DNA of 60,083 nt, filler included, from Nitrospinae bacterium RIFCSPLOWO2_12_FULL_45_22 (GTDB lineage: Bacteria > 2-12-FULL-45-22): NCBI GenBank assembly GCA_001803565.1. It is 2 parts of 2 records of this genome, joined end to end, with 100 filler letters (N's around TTAATTAATTAA, not from the genome) between each part and the next. Parts side by side here need not be neighbours in the genome. Positions count along the whole stretch, not along the records: positions 1 to 28,334 come from MHDQ01000127.1; 1 more part is not named here. One strand, given 5' to 3'. Positions 16,768 through 25,406 of this stretch are shown piece after piece (position 1 is the stretch's first letter; each line of letters begins with the position of its first letter). The notes under the pieces were generated by a model. That model ran no database searches. It was given only the letters and a program-made list of their open reading frames with translations, and had not been told where the DNA came from. The position numbers were made by a program, and so were the translations under genes.

Positions 16768-18273
16768 TTAACTTTTCCTGACCGTAATGGGTAAGCTAAC
16801 CTTAAAGATGGTCTTAAATTCCTTTCCCTCTGTAGGGGAAGAATTTTGTGTCTCTACCCATATCTTGCCACTATGGCGCTCAACAATTCCATAGCATATG
16901 GATAATCCCAATCCTGTTCCCTCTTCTTTGGTGGTATAGAAAGGCTCAAATATCTTATCTAAACACTCCTTCGGTATCCCAGGGCCATTATCCTTTACTC
17001 CAAAAATGATACTTTCCTTGTCCTCCCCTAAATGAGTAAATACCTCGATCTTACCACCGTTATGTAGAGATTGGATGGCATTTTGGATCAGGTTAATGAA
17101 GACTTGTTGGATCTGATTTTTATCGCAAAGGACTTGAGGTAATGCGGGATCAGTATCTAATTGAACATCTATTTGCTGGATCTCCATATGATGCCGCAGC
17201 ATCATTAGCGATTTTTCTGCAATATCATTGATATTATTCGAGGTCATAACACTTTCTGACTCTCTGGTATAATCTAATAAGGCGGAGACAATATTTTTAC
17301 TCCTTATAGTATTATCCACGATCTTTTGGGTATTCTTATATTTTATATCCCCGGGCTCTAATTCTTCTAAAAGTAGTTTAGAATAGAGCATTATATTACC
17401 TATGGGGTTATTAAGTTCATGGGCAATACCGGCCGCTAGTTGGCCAGTAGCAGCCAGCTTCTCCGACTGAACCAGGTGACGTTGAATCTCTTTTAAGTTA
17501 GTAGTCATCCGATTAAAATGGTCTGCCAGATGGGATATCTCGTCCTTGCCCGGTATCTCTATCTTCTCTTCCAGCTTCCCCTCCCCTATTAGTTTAGAGG
17601 TTTTTTCTAAAAGCTTTAGTTTTTTTATAACCAATCTATTCATCAAAGAACTTATCACCAGTATTAATAAGCCAACCATTATAACCACCAGGAGAAACAA
17701 TTTACCTAAATTAGAAGAGAGCTGTCGATTAATATCGGCTAAAGAAAAATCCATCAAAATAATCCCATTGATTTTAACCTTGGGATCATGACACTCATGG
17801 CAGGGTTCCCGATTCAAGATAGGGCTAATATTGCGCAAAAATTCTCCTCCCTGTTTATCCTTTAAAAAGATGCTCTTGGTCCTTGTCTCTGGGGCTAATT
17901 GATGACAGATCTGACAGGTAGCATCTTGCTTATTCATTATCTTTCCTATGACCCCTTTATCAGAAGAGACTTTTATAACGCCTTCTTTATTAAGAATCAC
18001 AATATTTTCTACCCCGTCTTGCCTAGCCAGCTCTTCTACCATGCCATGGAGGATAAGGGGTCGGTTCATTAGCATGGCGTATTCCAAATTGTTCTGGACC
18101 AAGCTACTTAAATAAGTGACAGAGACTTGAAAACTGCTTATAAGCTGCTCTCGATGGAAGTTATATAAAAAGTAAAAAAAGACACCAAGAAAAACTGTTA
18201 GTATAGATATAGTGGCGGAGATTATTTTGAATTTCAATCTGTTGTAAAAAGAGATATTGAGCATTACTCTCAC
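16768..18273 (-). CDS. Sensor histidine kinase with diheme-c periplasmic domain, HAMP, HisKA and HATPase
   Basis: Two TM segments flanking CQICH and CHECH; HAMP GKDEISHLADHFN; H-box AAGIAHELNNP; DNGPGI, GTGLGL. Confidence 0.93.
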   Translation of the reverse strand: MRVMLNISFYNRLKFKIISATISILTVFLGVFFYFLYNFHREQLISSFQVSVTYLSSLVQNNLEYAMLMNRPLILHGMVEELARQDGVENIVILNKEGVIKVSSDKGVIGKIMNKQDATCQICHQLAPETRTKSIFLKDKQGGEFLRNISPILNREPCHECHDPKVKINGIILMDFSLADINRQLSSNLGKLFLLVVIMVGLLILVISSLMNRLVIKKLKLLEKTSKLIGEGKLEEKIEIPGKDEISHLADHFNRMTTNLKEIQRHLVQSEKLAATGQLAAGIAHELNNPIGNIMLYSKLLLEELEPGDIKYKNTQKIVDNTIRSKNIVSALLDYTRESESVMTSNNINDIAEKSLMMLRHHMEIQQIDVQLDTDPALPQVLCDKNQIQQVFINLIQNAIQSLHNGGKIEVFTHLGEDKESIIFGVKDNGPGIPKECLDKIFEPFYTTKEEGTGLGLSICYGIVERHSGKIWVETQNSSPTEGKEFKTIFKVSLPITVRKS

Positions 18274-18428
18274 TCACTTTTCGGATCGCCTTGGGATAGG
18301 AAGCATTTAGAGAGGGGATGGTCAAAATCTATAACTTTACCGCAATAATAAAGTAAAGGGGACAGTTCTGTCAACCCAATTTGAACTGGAAAAGTAATGC
18401 CTTAATTACGTGGGTAATACCTATTTTT

Positions 18429-18505
18429 GGCAGGGCAAGGCCCTGCTGCTACAAGGTATTATAATCTAATTAGAAGGGATTGTAGCTGCAGCACCTTGTG
18501 CTGCC
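18429..18505. repeat. REPIN-like inverted pair of GTAG-type REP hairpins
   Basis: 18429-18453 (reverse strand tgtagca-gcagggc-ctt-gccctgc-c) and 18481-18505 (tgtagct-gcagcac-ctt-gtgctgc-c). Confidence 0.75.
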
Positions 18506-18528
18506 ATGCTTTTAATATCTCCTCCAGG

Positions 18529-18557
18529 TTGACCTTTATAGCATGGTATGGCATATT
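18529..18557 (+). promoter_or_regulatory. Possible sigma70 promoter of the cysteine desulfurase gene
   Basis: TTGACC-N17-CATATT with TG extension. Confidence 0.35.
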
Positions 18558-18604
18558 TTGGTAAGGATATTACTATGCTCTTAAGTTGAAGGGAGGAATA
18601 AAAT

Positions 18605-19765
18605 ATGCGGAGGGTCTATTTAGATAATAATGCTACTACGCCGATAGCCCCTGAGGTGCTGGAGGCTATGCTGCCTTTTTACCGGGATAATTTTGGTAAC
18701 CCCTCTAGTATCCATGCTTTCGGGCGGGAGGTAAAGGTGGCCATTGATGAGGCCAGGGAGCAAGTAGCTGCCCTTTTAGGCGCTGCAGCAGAAGAGATAG
18801 TCTTTACCAGCTCCGGGACAGAAGCAGATAACCTGGCTATTAAAGGCACTGCTCATGCCCTGCGGGGCAAAGGCCAGCATATTATTACCTGCAAGATAGA
18901 GCACCCGGCCGTGCTCAATACCTGCAAACACCTGGAAAAAGAGGGCTTTAAGGTCACATGCCTACCCGTGGACGAATATGGCATGATACGTCTCGAGGAA
19001 TTAGCCGGGGCGATAACTGATGAAACTATCCTGATTACTATCATGCATGGCAATAATGAGATCGGTACTATCCAGCCTATCGAAGAGATTAGCAGGATAG
19101 CTAGAGAGAGGTGTATCCGATTCCATACCGATGCCGTGCAGAGTCTAGGCAAGGTTCCTATTATAGTGCAAGAATTGGGGATAGACCTCCTATCCCTCTC
19201 TGCCCATAAGCTCCATGGCCCTAAAGGTATAGGGGCTCTTTATGTTAAGAAAGGTCTTAAGTTACAACCCATCCTGCATGGCGGCCATCAGGAACGGGGC
19301 CAGCGGGCTGGTACTGAGAATGTAGCTGGGATTGTTGCCCTGGGTAGGGCCTGCCAGTTAGCTGCCCAGCATATGGCGGACGAGGCAAAAAACCTGAGTG
19401 GGTTGAGGGACGGGCTCTTTGAAGGACTCCAGGAAAGGATACCCAGGGTAAAACTGAATGGCCACCCAACTAAACGCCTGCCTACTACTCTTAACTGTAG
19501 CTTTTATGGCATAGAAGGCGAATCCCTGTTAATGAATTTAGACCTGGCTGGCGTAGCGGTCTCGACCGGATCAGCATGCTCATCGGGCTCTATCGAGCCT
19601 TCCCATGTTTTGGTAGCCCTGGGGCTCCCACCGCAGCTATATCAAGGCTCTTTGCGCTTCAGCTTCAGCCGATATAATACCCAAGACGATATTGATTATA
19701 TCCTGGACATTCTGCCTCCTATAGTAGAGCGGCTCCGAAAGATGTCTCCCTTCTGGAAGGAATAG
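18605..19765 (+). CDS. nifS: Cysteine desulfurase (NifS/IscS family)
   Basis: YLDNNATT, FGNPSS, HTDAVQ, PLP lysine SAHKLHGPKG, catalytic STGSACSS. Confidence 0.95.
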   Translation: MRRVYLDNNATTPIAPEVLEAMLPFYRDNFGNPSSIHAFGREVKVAIDEAREQVAALLGAAAEEIVFTSSGTEADNLAIKGTAHALRGKGQHIITCKIEHPAVLNTCKHLEKEGFKVTCLPVDEYGMIRLEELAGAITDETILITIMHGNNEIGTIQPIEEISRIARERCIRFHTDAVQSLGKVPIIVQELGIDLLSLSAHKLHGPKGIGALYVKKGLKLQPILHGGHQERGQRAGTENVAGIVALGRACQLAAQHMADEAKNLSGLRDGLFEGLQERIPRVKLNGHPTKRLPTTLNCSFYGIEGESLLMNLDLAGVAVSTGSACSSGSIEPSHVLVALGLPPQLYQGSLRFSFSRYNTQDDIDYILDILPPIVERLRKMSPFWKE

Positions 19766-19885
19766 TTGCAGTAAAATAACAACGGAAACACCCAAAAATT
19801 CCTTCCCCCAACACCTTCATCTCGGTGTCCTTTGCGTGCTCTGTGGTTAGTCTCCTGCTTACCTGTTCTTCGGGTGAAATATACA

Positions 19886-19908
19886 GACAAGCGAGACGCT
19901 TGTCCTAC
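19886..19908. repeat. REP-like hairpin (ACAxGCGAGACGCxTGT family)
   Basis: gacaagcg-aga-cgcttgtc-ctac; a related copy lies at 46640-46656. Confidence 0.55.
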
Positions 19909-19970
19909 TGGAGGTTGTGGTTAAAAAATAAAATCAATCGCTATTTTAGCTATTTTAGTAGAACTTTTCG

Positions 19971-19999
19971 TTGACACAGAAAGGCTAACATGATAAGGT
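19971..19999 (+). promoter_or_regulatory. Possible sigma70 promoter of dxs-tlyA
   Basis: TTGACA-N17-TAAGGT preceded by TG. Confidence 0.35.
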
Positions 20000-20148
20000 A
20001 TATCTTTCCATAAAGGCAGGTTGATTTAACGAAATGGAAGCCTTTAAGGCTGCCAATGTCTAATGAGTGCTGGGTATCCTCACTCAGGAAAAAGGCCGGC
20101 CGGCTAAAATTTTTTAAAGCCAAAACCTATTTAGGAGATAGGGAGGGG

Positions 20149-22188
20149 ATGAACTCTTATTTAGATAAGATTAATGATCCTAAAGACTTGAAAAAGATCC
20201 CGATAAAAGAATTACCTAAATTAGCAGAGGAGATCCGGGAAGAAATCTTAGCTACGGTCTCTAATACTGGTGGTCACCTGGCCTCTAATTTAGGGGTAGT
20301 GGAGTTGACCCTGGCCCTCCATTATGTCTTCGATGCGCCAGAAGACCGCATTATCTGGGATGTAGGGCACCAGAGCTATACCCATAAACTCCTTACTGGC
20401 CGCAGAGAGCGGTTCTCCACATTACGACAATACCAGGGGTTGAACGGTTTTCCTAAGAGGGATGAAAGTATTTATGATACCTTTGATACTGGTCACAGTG
20501 GGACCAGTATCTCAGCCGCCCTGGGCATGCTGGAAGCCTTAGCGCTTAAAGAGGAAAACTGTAAGGTAATAGCTATTATCGGTGATGGTTCCATGACTTC
20601 AGGCATGGCCTTTGAGGGGGTTAACCATGCTGGGGGGAGCAAAAAAGGTCTGATTGTGATCCTGAACGATAATGAGATGTCTATCTCCCCGAATGTCGGC
20701 GCTTTAGCTTCTTATCTGAGCCGGGTCTTAACGCGTCGTCCCTATCGGCGTATCAGGCAAGTCCTAAAAGACCTTTTGAGCGGAGTTCCTCTGGTAGGCG
20801 AAGGGTTAGTAAAGGGGCTAAAGAAGTTTGAAGGGGCCTTGAAGGTACTTTTTACTCCTGGGGTCCTTTTCGAGGAATTGGGCTTCAAATATATTGGTCC
20901 TATCTCTGGCCATAGGTTAGATTATCTTATCGAGACCTTTGAGAACATCAAGGCTATAAAAGGGCCTATATTGGTTCATGTAGTTACCCAAAAGGGTAAG
21001 GGTTATTTACCGGCTGAGCGAGACCCAGTGTATTATCACGGTGTAGGGTCTTTTGATCTCAAGACTGGCCGCCCAAAGAAAGACAGTACCATACCTAGTT
21101 ATACAGAAATTTTTCAGCAAAGTATGGTTAAACTAGGATATTCAGATGATAAAATCATAGCCATTACGGCGGCTATGAGCAATGGGACAGGATTAGAAGG
21201 CTTTGGTAAGATATTTCCGAATAGATTTTTTGATGTAGGCATTGCTGAACAGCATGGGGTGACCTTTGCCGCAGGGATGGCGGCTGAAGGACTAAAACCT
21301 ATAGTAGCTATTTATTCTACCTTTCTGCAGAGGGCTTATGACCAGATCCTGCATGATGTCTGCCTACCTAATTTACCGGTTACTTTTGCCATAGATAGGG
21401 CAGGGCTAGTTGGAGAGGATGGCCCTACGCATCATGGGGCCTTTGATCTTTCTTATTTACGCTCCTTACCCAATATGGTAGTGATGTCTCCAAAGGACGA
21501 GGATGAGTTACAGCATATGCTGAAAACTGCGGTAGACTATCCTGGGCCCGCGGCGGTACGCTATCCTCGAGGGAGGGGTGTAGGAGTTCGGTTGGATAAT
21601 GATTTTAAGCGGCTGGAGATCGGGCAGGCAGAACTCCTAAAAGAGGGTCGAGATGCTGCTATTATTGCCCTGGGGCATATGGTTTATCCCGGTCTGAGGG
21701 CAGCGGAACAACTAGAACTGGAAGGGATAGACGTAGCAGTAGTAAATGCCCGCTTTGTGAAACCGCTGGACGAAGAGTTAATCCTGTCCCTGGCCCTGGA
21801 AGTAGGCACCTTGATTACGGTAGAGGAGAATGTCTTGCAAGGAGGTTTTGGTAGTGCAGTGTTAGAATTATTGGGGGAGCAGGGCCTGTCCCGGGTTCGG
21901 GTTAAGCGAATCGGTTTACCTGATATATTCATTGAGCACGGTTCGCAAGATATATTGAGAGCTAAATATGGCCTGACGGTCCGGGGTATAATAGATACAG
22001 TAAAGAGAGTAGTAGAGGGCGAATATGCCTATATTAAAATCCCTCAAAGAGAAGGGTCGCCTAGATACGTTGATGCTAGAAAAGGGGTTAGTGAAGAGCC
22101 GCCAAGAGGCCCAGGGCCTCATCCTGGCCGGCCTGATAACAGTCAATGGAGAGATTGTTACCCGCGCAGGCCAGAGGCTAAGCCCTGA
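20149..22188 (+). CDS. dxs: 1-deoxy-D-xylulose-5-phosphate synthase
   Basis: [48 protein letters not shown]. Start at MNSYL after GGGAGG; the C-terminus runs into tlyA. Confidence 0.96.
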   Translation: MNSYLDKINDPKDLKKIPIKELPKLAEEIREEILATVSNTGGHLASNLGVVELTLALHYVFDAPEDRIIWDVGHQSYTHKLLTGRRERFSTLRQYQGLNGFPKRDESIYDTFDTGHSGTSISAALGMLEALALKEENCKVIAIIGDGSMTSGMAFEGVNHAGGSKKGLIVILNDNEMSISPNVGALASYLSRVLTRRPYRRIRQVLKDLLSGVPLVGEGLVKGLKKFEGALKVLFTPGVLFEELGFKYIGPISGHRLDYLIETFENIKAIKGPILVHVVTQKGKGYLPAERDPVYYHGVGSFDLKTGRPKKDSTIPSYTEIFQQSMVKLGYSDDKIIAITAAMSNGTGLEGFGKIFPNRFFDVGIAEQHGVTFAAGMAAEGLKPIVAIYSTFLQRAYDQILHDVCLPNLPVTFAIDRAGLVGEDGPTHHGAFDLSYLRSLPNMVVMSPKDEDELQHMLKTAVDYPGPAAVRYPRGRGVGVRLDNDFKRLEIGQAELLKEGRDAAIIALGHMVYPGLRAAEQLELEGIDVAVVNARFVKPLDEELILSLALEVGTLITVEENVLQGGFGSAVLELLGEQGLSRVRVKRIGLPDIFIEHGSQDILRAKYGLTVRGIIDTVKRVVEGEYAYIKIPQREGSPRYVDARKGVSEEPPRGPGPHPGRPDNSQWRDCYPRRPEAKP

Positions 22189-22777
22189 ATCTACCATAAA
22201 GATATTACGAGACTATTGCCCTTATGTAAGCCGCGGCGGATTGAAGCTCCAGGCAGCATTGGATAAATTCCAGCTCCGGGTGGAGAATAAGATAGCTCTG
22301 GATGTAGGGGCATCTACCGGGGGCTTTACTGATTGCCTGCTGCAGCATGGTGCCCGAAAGGTATATGCGGTTGATGTAGGTCATGGTCAGTTGGACTGGA
22401 GATTAAGGAATGACTCCCGGGTTGTCCTTCTGGAAAGGACTAATGTACGTTATTTAAGACCTGCGGATTTACCAGAAAAGGCCGATCTAGCTACAATTGA
22501 TGTTTCATTTATCTCCTTGGTGCTGGTTCTCCCGGTAGTAAAAAATCTCCTTCATAGCCCCGGCCAAATCCTGGCCTTAATAAAACCCCAGTTTGAGGTA
22601 GGTAAGGGTGAGGTAGGTAAAGGTGGTGTAGTGAAGGACCTGGATAAGCATCAGGAAGTTATCCAAAAAATAACTGCCTGTGCCGAGAAATTAGGTCTAG
22701 TGCTGCATGGAGTAATCCAATCTCCCCTTAAAGGCCCCAAGGGCAACCTGGAATATTTTATCCATCTTTCCCAATAA
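22025..22777 (+). CDS. tlyA: TlyA family rRNA (cytidine-2'-O)-methyltransferase
   Basis: S4 domain, [34 protein letters not shown]; canonical dxs-tlyA order. Confidence 0.95.
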   Translation: MPILKSLKEKGRLDTLMLEKGLVKSRQEAQGLILAGLITVNGEIVTRAGQRLSPESTIKILRDYCPYVSRGGLKLQAALDKFQLRVENKIALDVGASTGGFTDCLLQHGARKVYAVDVGHGQLDWRLRNDSRVVLLERTNVRYLRPADLPEKADLATIDVSFISLVLVLPVVKNLLHSPGQILALIKPQFEVGKGEVGKGGVVKDLDKHQEVIQKITACAEKLGLVLHGVIQSPLKGPKGNLEYFIHLSQ

Positions 22778-22821
22778 TATGGTTATGGGTGATTGGTTAA
22801 TTGGTAATTAGATCCTACTCA

Positions 22822-23892
22822 CTACTCACCACGGAAAAAGTGGGATTCTTTATATTTTCTCAGCCCCAGCGTCACAAATACATTAGCTACTGCCCCAACC
22901 GGGACCGCTAGCAGGATACCAAAAAAACCGAAGAGCTTACCACCCAAGAGGATTACTATCATCACTACTACCGGGTGCAAGCCTATCTTCTTGCCTACTA
23001 TCCTTGGGGTAATTATGGTCCCTTCTAAAACCTGTACTATCGCAAATACTGCCAGCACCAATAAAAGCGGCTCCCAGGTGCGGTATTGCAAGAAGGTCAA
23101 GAGCAATGCTGGTACCAGCCCGATTATTAAGCCCAGATAAGGTATTATAGCCATAATACCCGCTATCACACCTATCAGGAGCCCCATGGGCACCTGGCAA
23201 AGGGTCAAGCCCAAACTATATAACCCAGCCAGGATAAGGGCTACCAGGAGCTGGCCCCTAATGAATCCGCTCAGCACTTCATCTATCTCTTTGAAGACCC
23301 CGATAACTTGATCCCTTAAGCCCAGGGGTATATATGCTTGCAGCCCCCCTTTGATCTTGTCAATATCCTTAAGGAAGTATACAGTAGCTACTGGGATTAT
23401 CAGTAAATTGAGGAGCAGGATAATTAGATTAAACAGGCTAGATAAAGACCCCCAGAAGAAATTAGCAATTCCCGTTAATATTTGAGTAGGTATATCCCCC
23501 AATCTCTTTAACACTTCCTCCAGCACCAGGCGGGTGCGTTCAGGGTTCTGACGGACTATACTTCCAATAAGCGGCTCAATCCACTCCCTTATGGTTTTTA
23601 TATAGTCAGGTATATGCTCTATCAGGTTGTCCAGTTGTAGTTTTATAATGGGATACAGGATAAAGACCAGCAAGACCAGCAAAAACACCAGGAGGATTAA
23701 GAAAGATACTATTCCAACCATCCGGGGTATCTTTCTCTTCTCTAATGCATCAATAGGGGGGTCTAAGAGATAAGCCAGGAAAAAAGCTATAAAGAAAGGG
23801 GTTAGGATGGTGCGCAGTAAAAATAGCAGATAAAAGAATATTAAAACCCCTGATAATATAAGCAAGTTTCTAACGGTTTTACCTGGGATCAT
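22822..23892 (-). CDS. AI-2E family transporter
   Basis: Multi-TM; PFFIAFFLAYLLDP, GFIRGQ, IPYLG, QVLEG..ITPRIVG..IGLHP. Confidence 0.92.
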   Translation of the reverse strand: MIPGKTVRNLLILSGVLIFFYLLFLLRTILTPFFIAFFLAYLLDPPIDALEKRKIPRMVGIVSFLILLVFLLVLLVFILYPIIKLQLDNLIEHIPDYIKTIREWIEPLIGSIVRQNPERTRLVLEEVLKRLGDIPTQILTGIANFFWGSLSSLFNLIILLLNLLIIPVATVYFLKDIDKIKGGLQAYIPLGLRDQVIGVFKEIDEVLSGFIRGQLLVALILAGLYSLGLTLCQVPMGLLIGVIAGIMAIIPYLGLIIGLVPALLLTFLQYRTWEPLLLVLAVFAIVQVLEGTIITPRIVGKKIGLHPVVVMIVILLGGKLFGFFGILLAVPVGAVANVFVTLGLRKYKESHFFRGE

Positions 23893-24410
23893 AGCTTAGC
23901 TATCTCACGATAAATATAATGGAGTCCAGAGAGGATAGTAAATAAGGCTGTTAGATCATACATAAAAGAGATTAAAACCAGGTTTTTCTCTAAGGCATAA
24001 AGGCTTAAGATCAAAAGTATAGTAACAAATTGGATAAGGGTGGTTATTTTCCCCAGGATAGTAGGAGAGACCGAGAGCTTTCCGGTCAGTATATGTATGA
24101 CTAATGCCCCAATAACCAGCATCCCATCCCGGCTGACCACAATTACCATAAGCCATACTGGTATAGCTTCTACGTATGCTAAAGTAAGAAAAGAGGCAGT
24201 CAAGAACAATTTATCAGCTATAGGGTCTAATATGCTACCCAGAGCGGTCTTCTGCTGCCAGGTGCGGGCAATAAAGCCATCCAGTGCGTCACTAAGGGCG
24301 GTAATAGAAAAGAGCACCACGGGCCAGACCCTATGTCCATAAACTAGCAAAGAAATAAATAGTGGTAATAAAAAGACCCGGAGCAGGGTAATAGCATTGG
24401 GTAGATTCAT
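23889..24410 (-). CDS. pgsA: CDP-alcohol phosphatidyltransferase (PgsA-like)
   Basis: MNLPNAITLLR; DALDGFIAR...G..LDPIADK signature. Confidence 0.88.
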   Translation of the reverse strand: MNLPNAITLLRVFLLPLFISLLVYGHRVWPVVLFSITALSDALDGFIARTWQQKTALGSILDPIADKLFLTASFLTLAYVEAIPVWLMVIVVSRDGMLVIGALVIHILTGKLSVSPTILGKITTLIQFVTILLILSLYALEKNLVLISFMYDLTALFTILSGLHYIYREIAKL

Positions 24411-25138
24411 CTTTCTACTTTTTCCTCTACTATCGCCCGCAACCGCTTTATCTCATCTGGGGTTAAATACCGGTATCGTCCTGGTAATAACCCAGCCAGC
24501 CCCAAAAAGGAGAATTGCACCCGCTTCAGTTTTTGCACCGGATGGCCTATTTGCAGGAACATCCGTTTAATAAGACGATTACGTCCTTCCCAAACGGTAA
24601 TATCTACCCAGCTATTACCAGCCTTGGTGGTACCTTTACGCCTTGCAACAGCCGGCCGGGTGAGACCATCTTCCAGCCTTATGCCTCTTTTCAAGCTACT
24701 AAGCTTTTCTGCTGACGGTATCCCCTTTACTTTTACCAAATAACGCCTGGGGATATTATAACGGGGATGAGAAAGGATTTTAGCCAATTCTCCATCATTA
24801 GTAAGTAAAAGCACGCCCTCGGCATCATAATCCAGCCTCCCTACCGGAAATACCCTGATTTTTATTCTCTCAAGAAATTGCGGTATAGCCGGTCTGGAGC
24901 CCTCTTCTTTCATACTGGTTAGGCACCCTTTAGGCTTGTAGAATAAGATATAGGTGAGAGGTTCGGCTCCCTTAAGGAGTTTATTATCCAGTCTGATCTT
25001 ATCTTGCTCAGGATCAATTTGTACACCCAGAGTCGTTACCACCTGGCCATTGACTGAGACCCTACCCTCCTGCATCATCCGTTCTGCCGCCCTTCTGGAT
25101 CCTGCACCACACTGGGCAATAAATTTCTGTAGCCGCAC
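24407..25138 (-). CDS. rluB: 23S rRNA pseudouridine synthase (RluB/RsuA family)
   Basis: MRLQKFIA...SRRAAE S4 domain; VGRLDYDAEGVLLLTNDG; EGRNR. Confidence 0.9.
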   Translation of the reverse strand: MRLQKFIAQCGAGSRRAAERMMQEGRVSVNGQVVTTLGVQIDPEQDKIRLDNKLLKGAEPLTYILFYKPKGCLTSMKEEGSRPAIPQFLERIKIRVFPVGRLDYDAEGVLLLTNDGELAKILSHPRYNIPRRYLVKVKGIPSAEKLSSLKRGIRLEDGLTRPAVARRKGTTKAGNSWVDITVWEGRNRLIKRMFLQIGHPVQKLKRVQFSFLGLAGLLPGRYRYLTPDEIKRLRAIVEEKVER

Positions 25139-25324
25139 GCCATAATCTCCTCTCTCACCCTATTTTAATAGACCACCAGCTAAAAGTCTAGCCGAGTGGA
25201 CAAAAGCAAAATTTATTAGTCGTTGAAGGACCATTCTGTTATAATTTAATAGTTAGCTGGAAAGCCCTAATGCCGTGACGCGTCTCGGTGTCTGTCCGAA
25301 ACGGACAAGGCTTACGGATACGAT

Positions 25325-25349
25325 TGTAGCAGCAGAGCCTTGCTCTGCC
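25325..25349 (+). repeat. Single GTAG-type REP hairpin (third copy)
   Basis: tgtagca-gcagagc-ctt-gctctgc-c; same architecture as the copies at 18429-18505. Confidence 0.7.
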
Positions 25350-25406
25350 ACTTATATTAAACGGCAATAATAAGTACCTAAGGTCTGATATACGAAAGCA
25401 GGGGAG

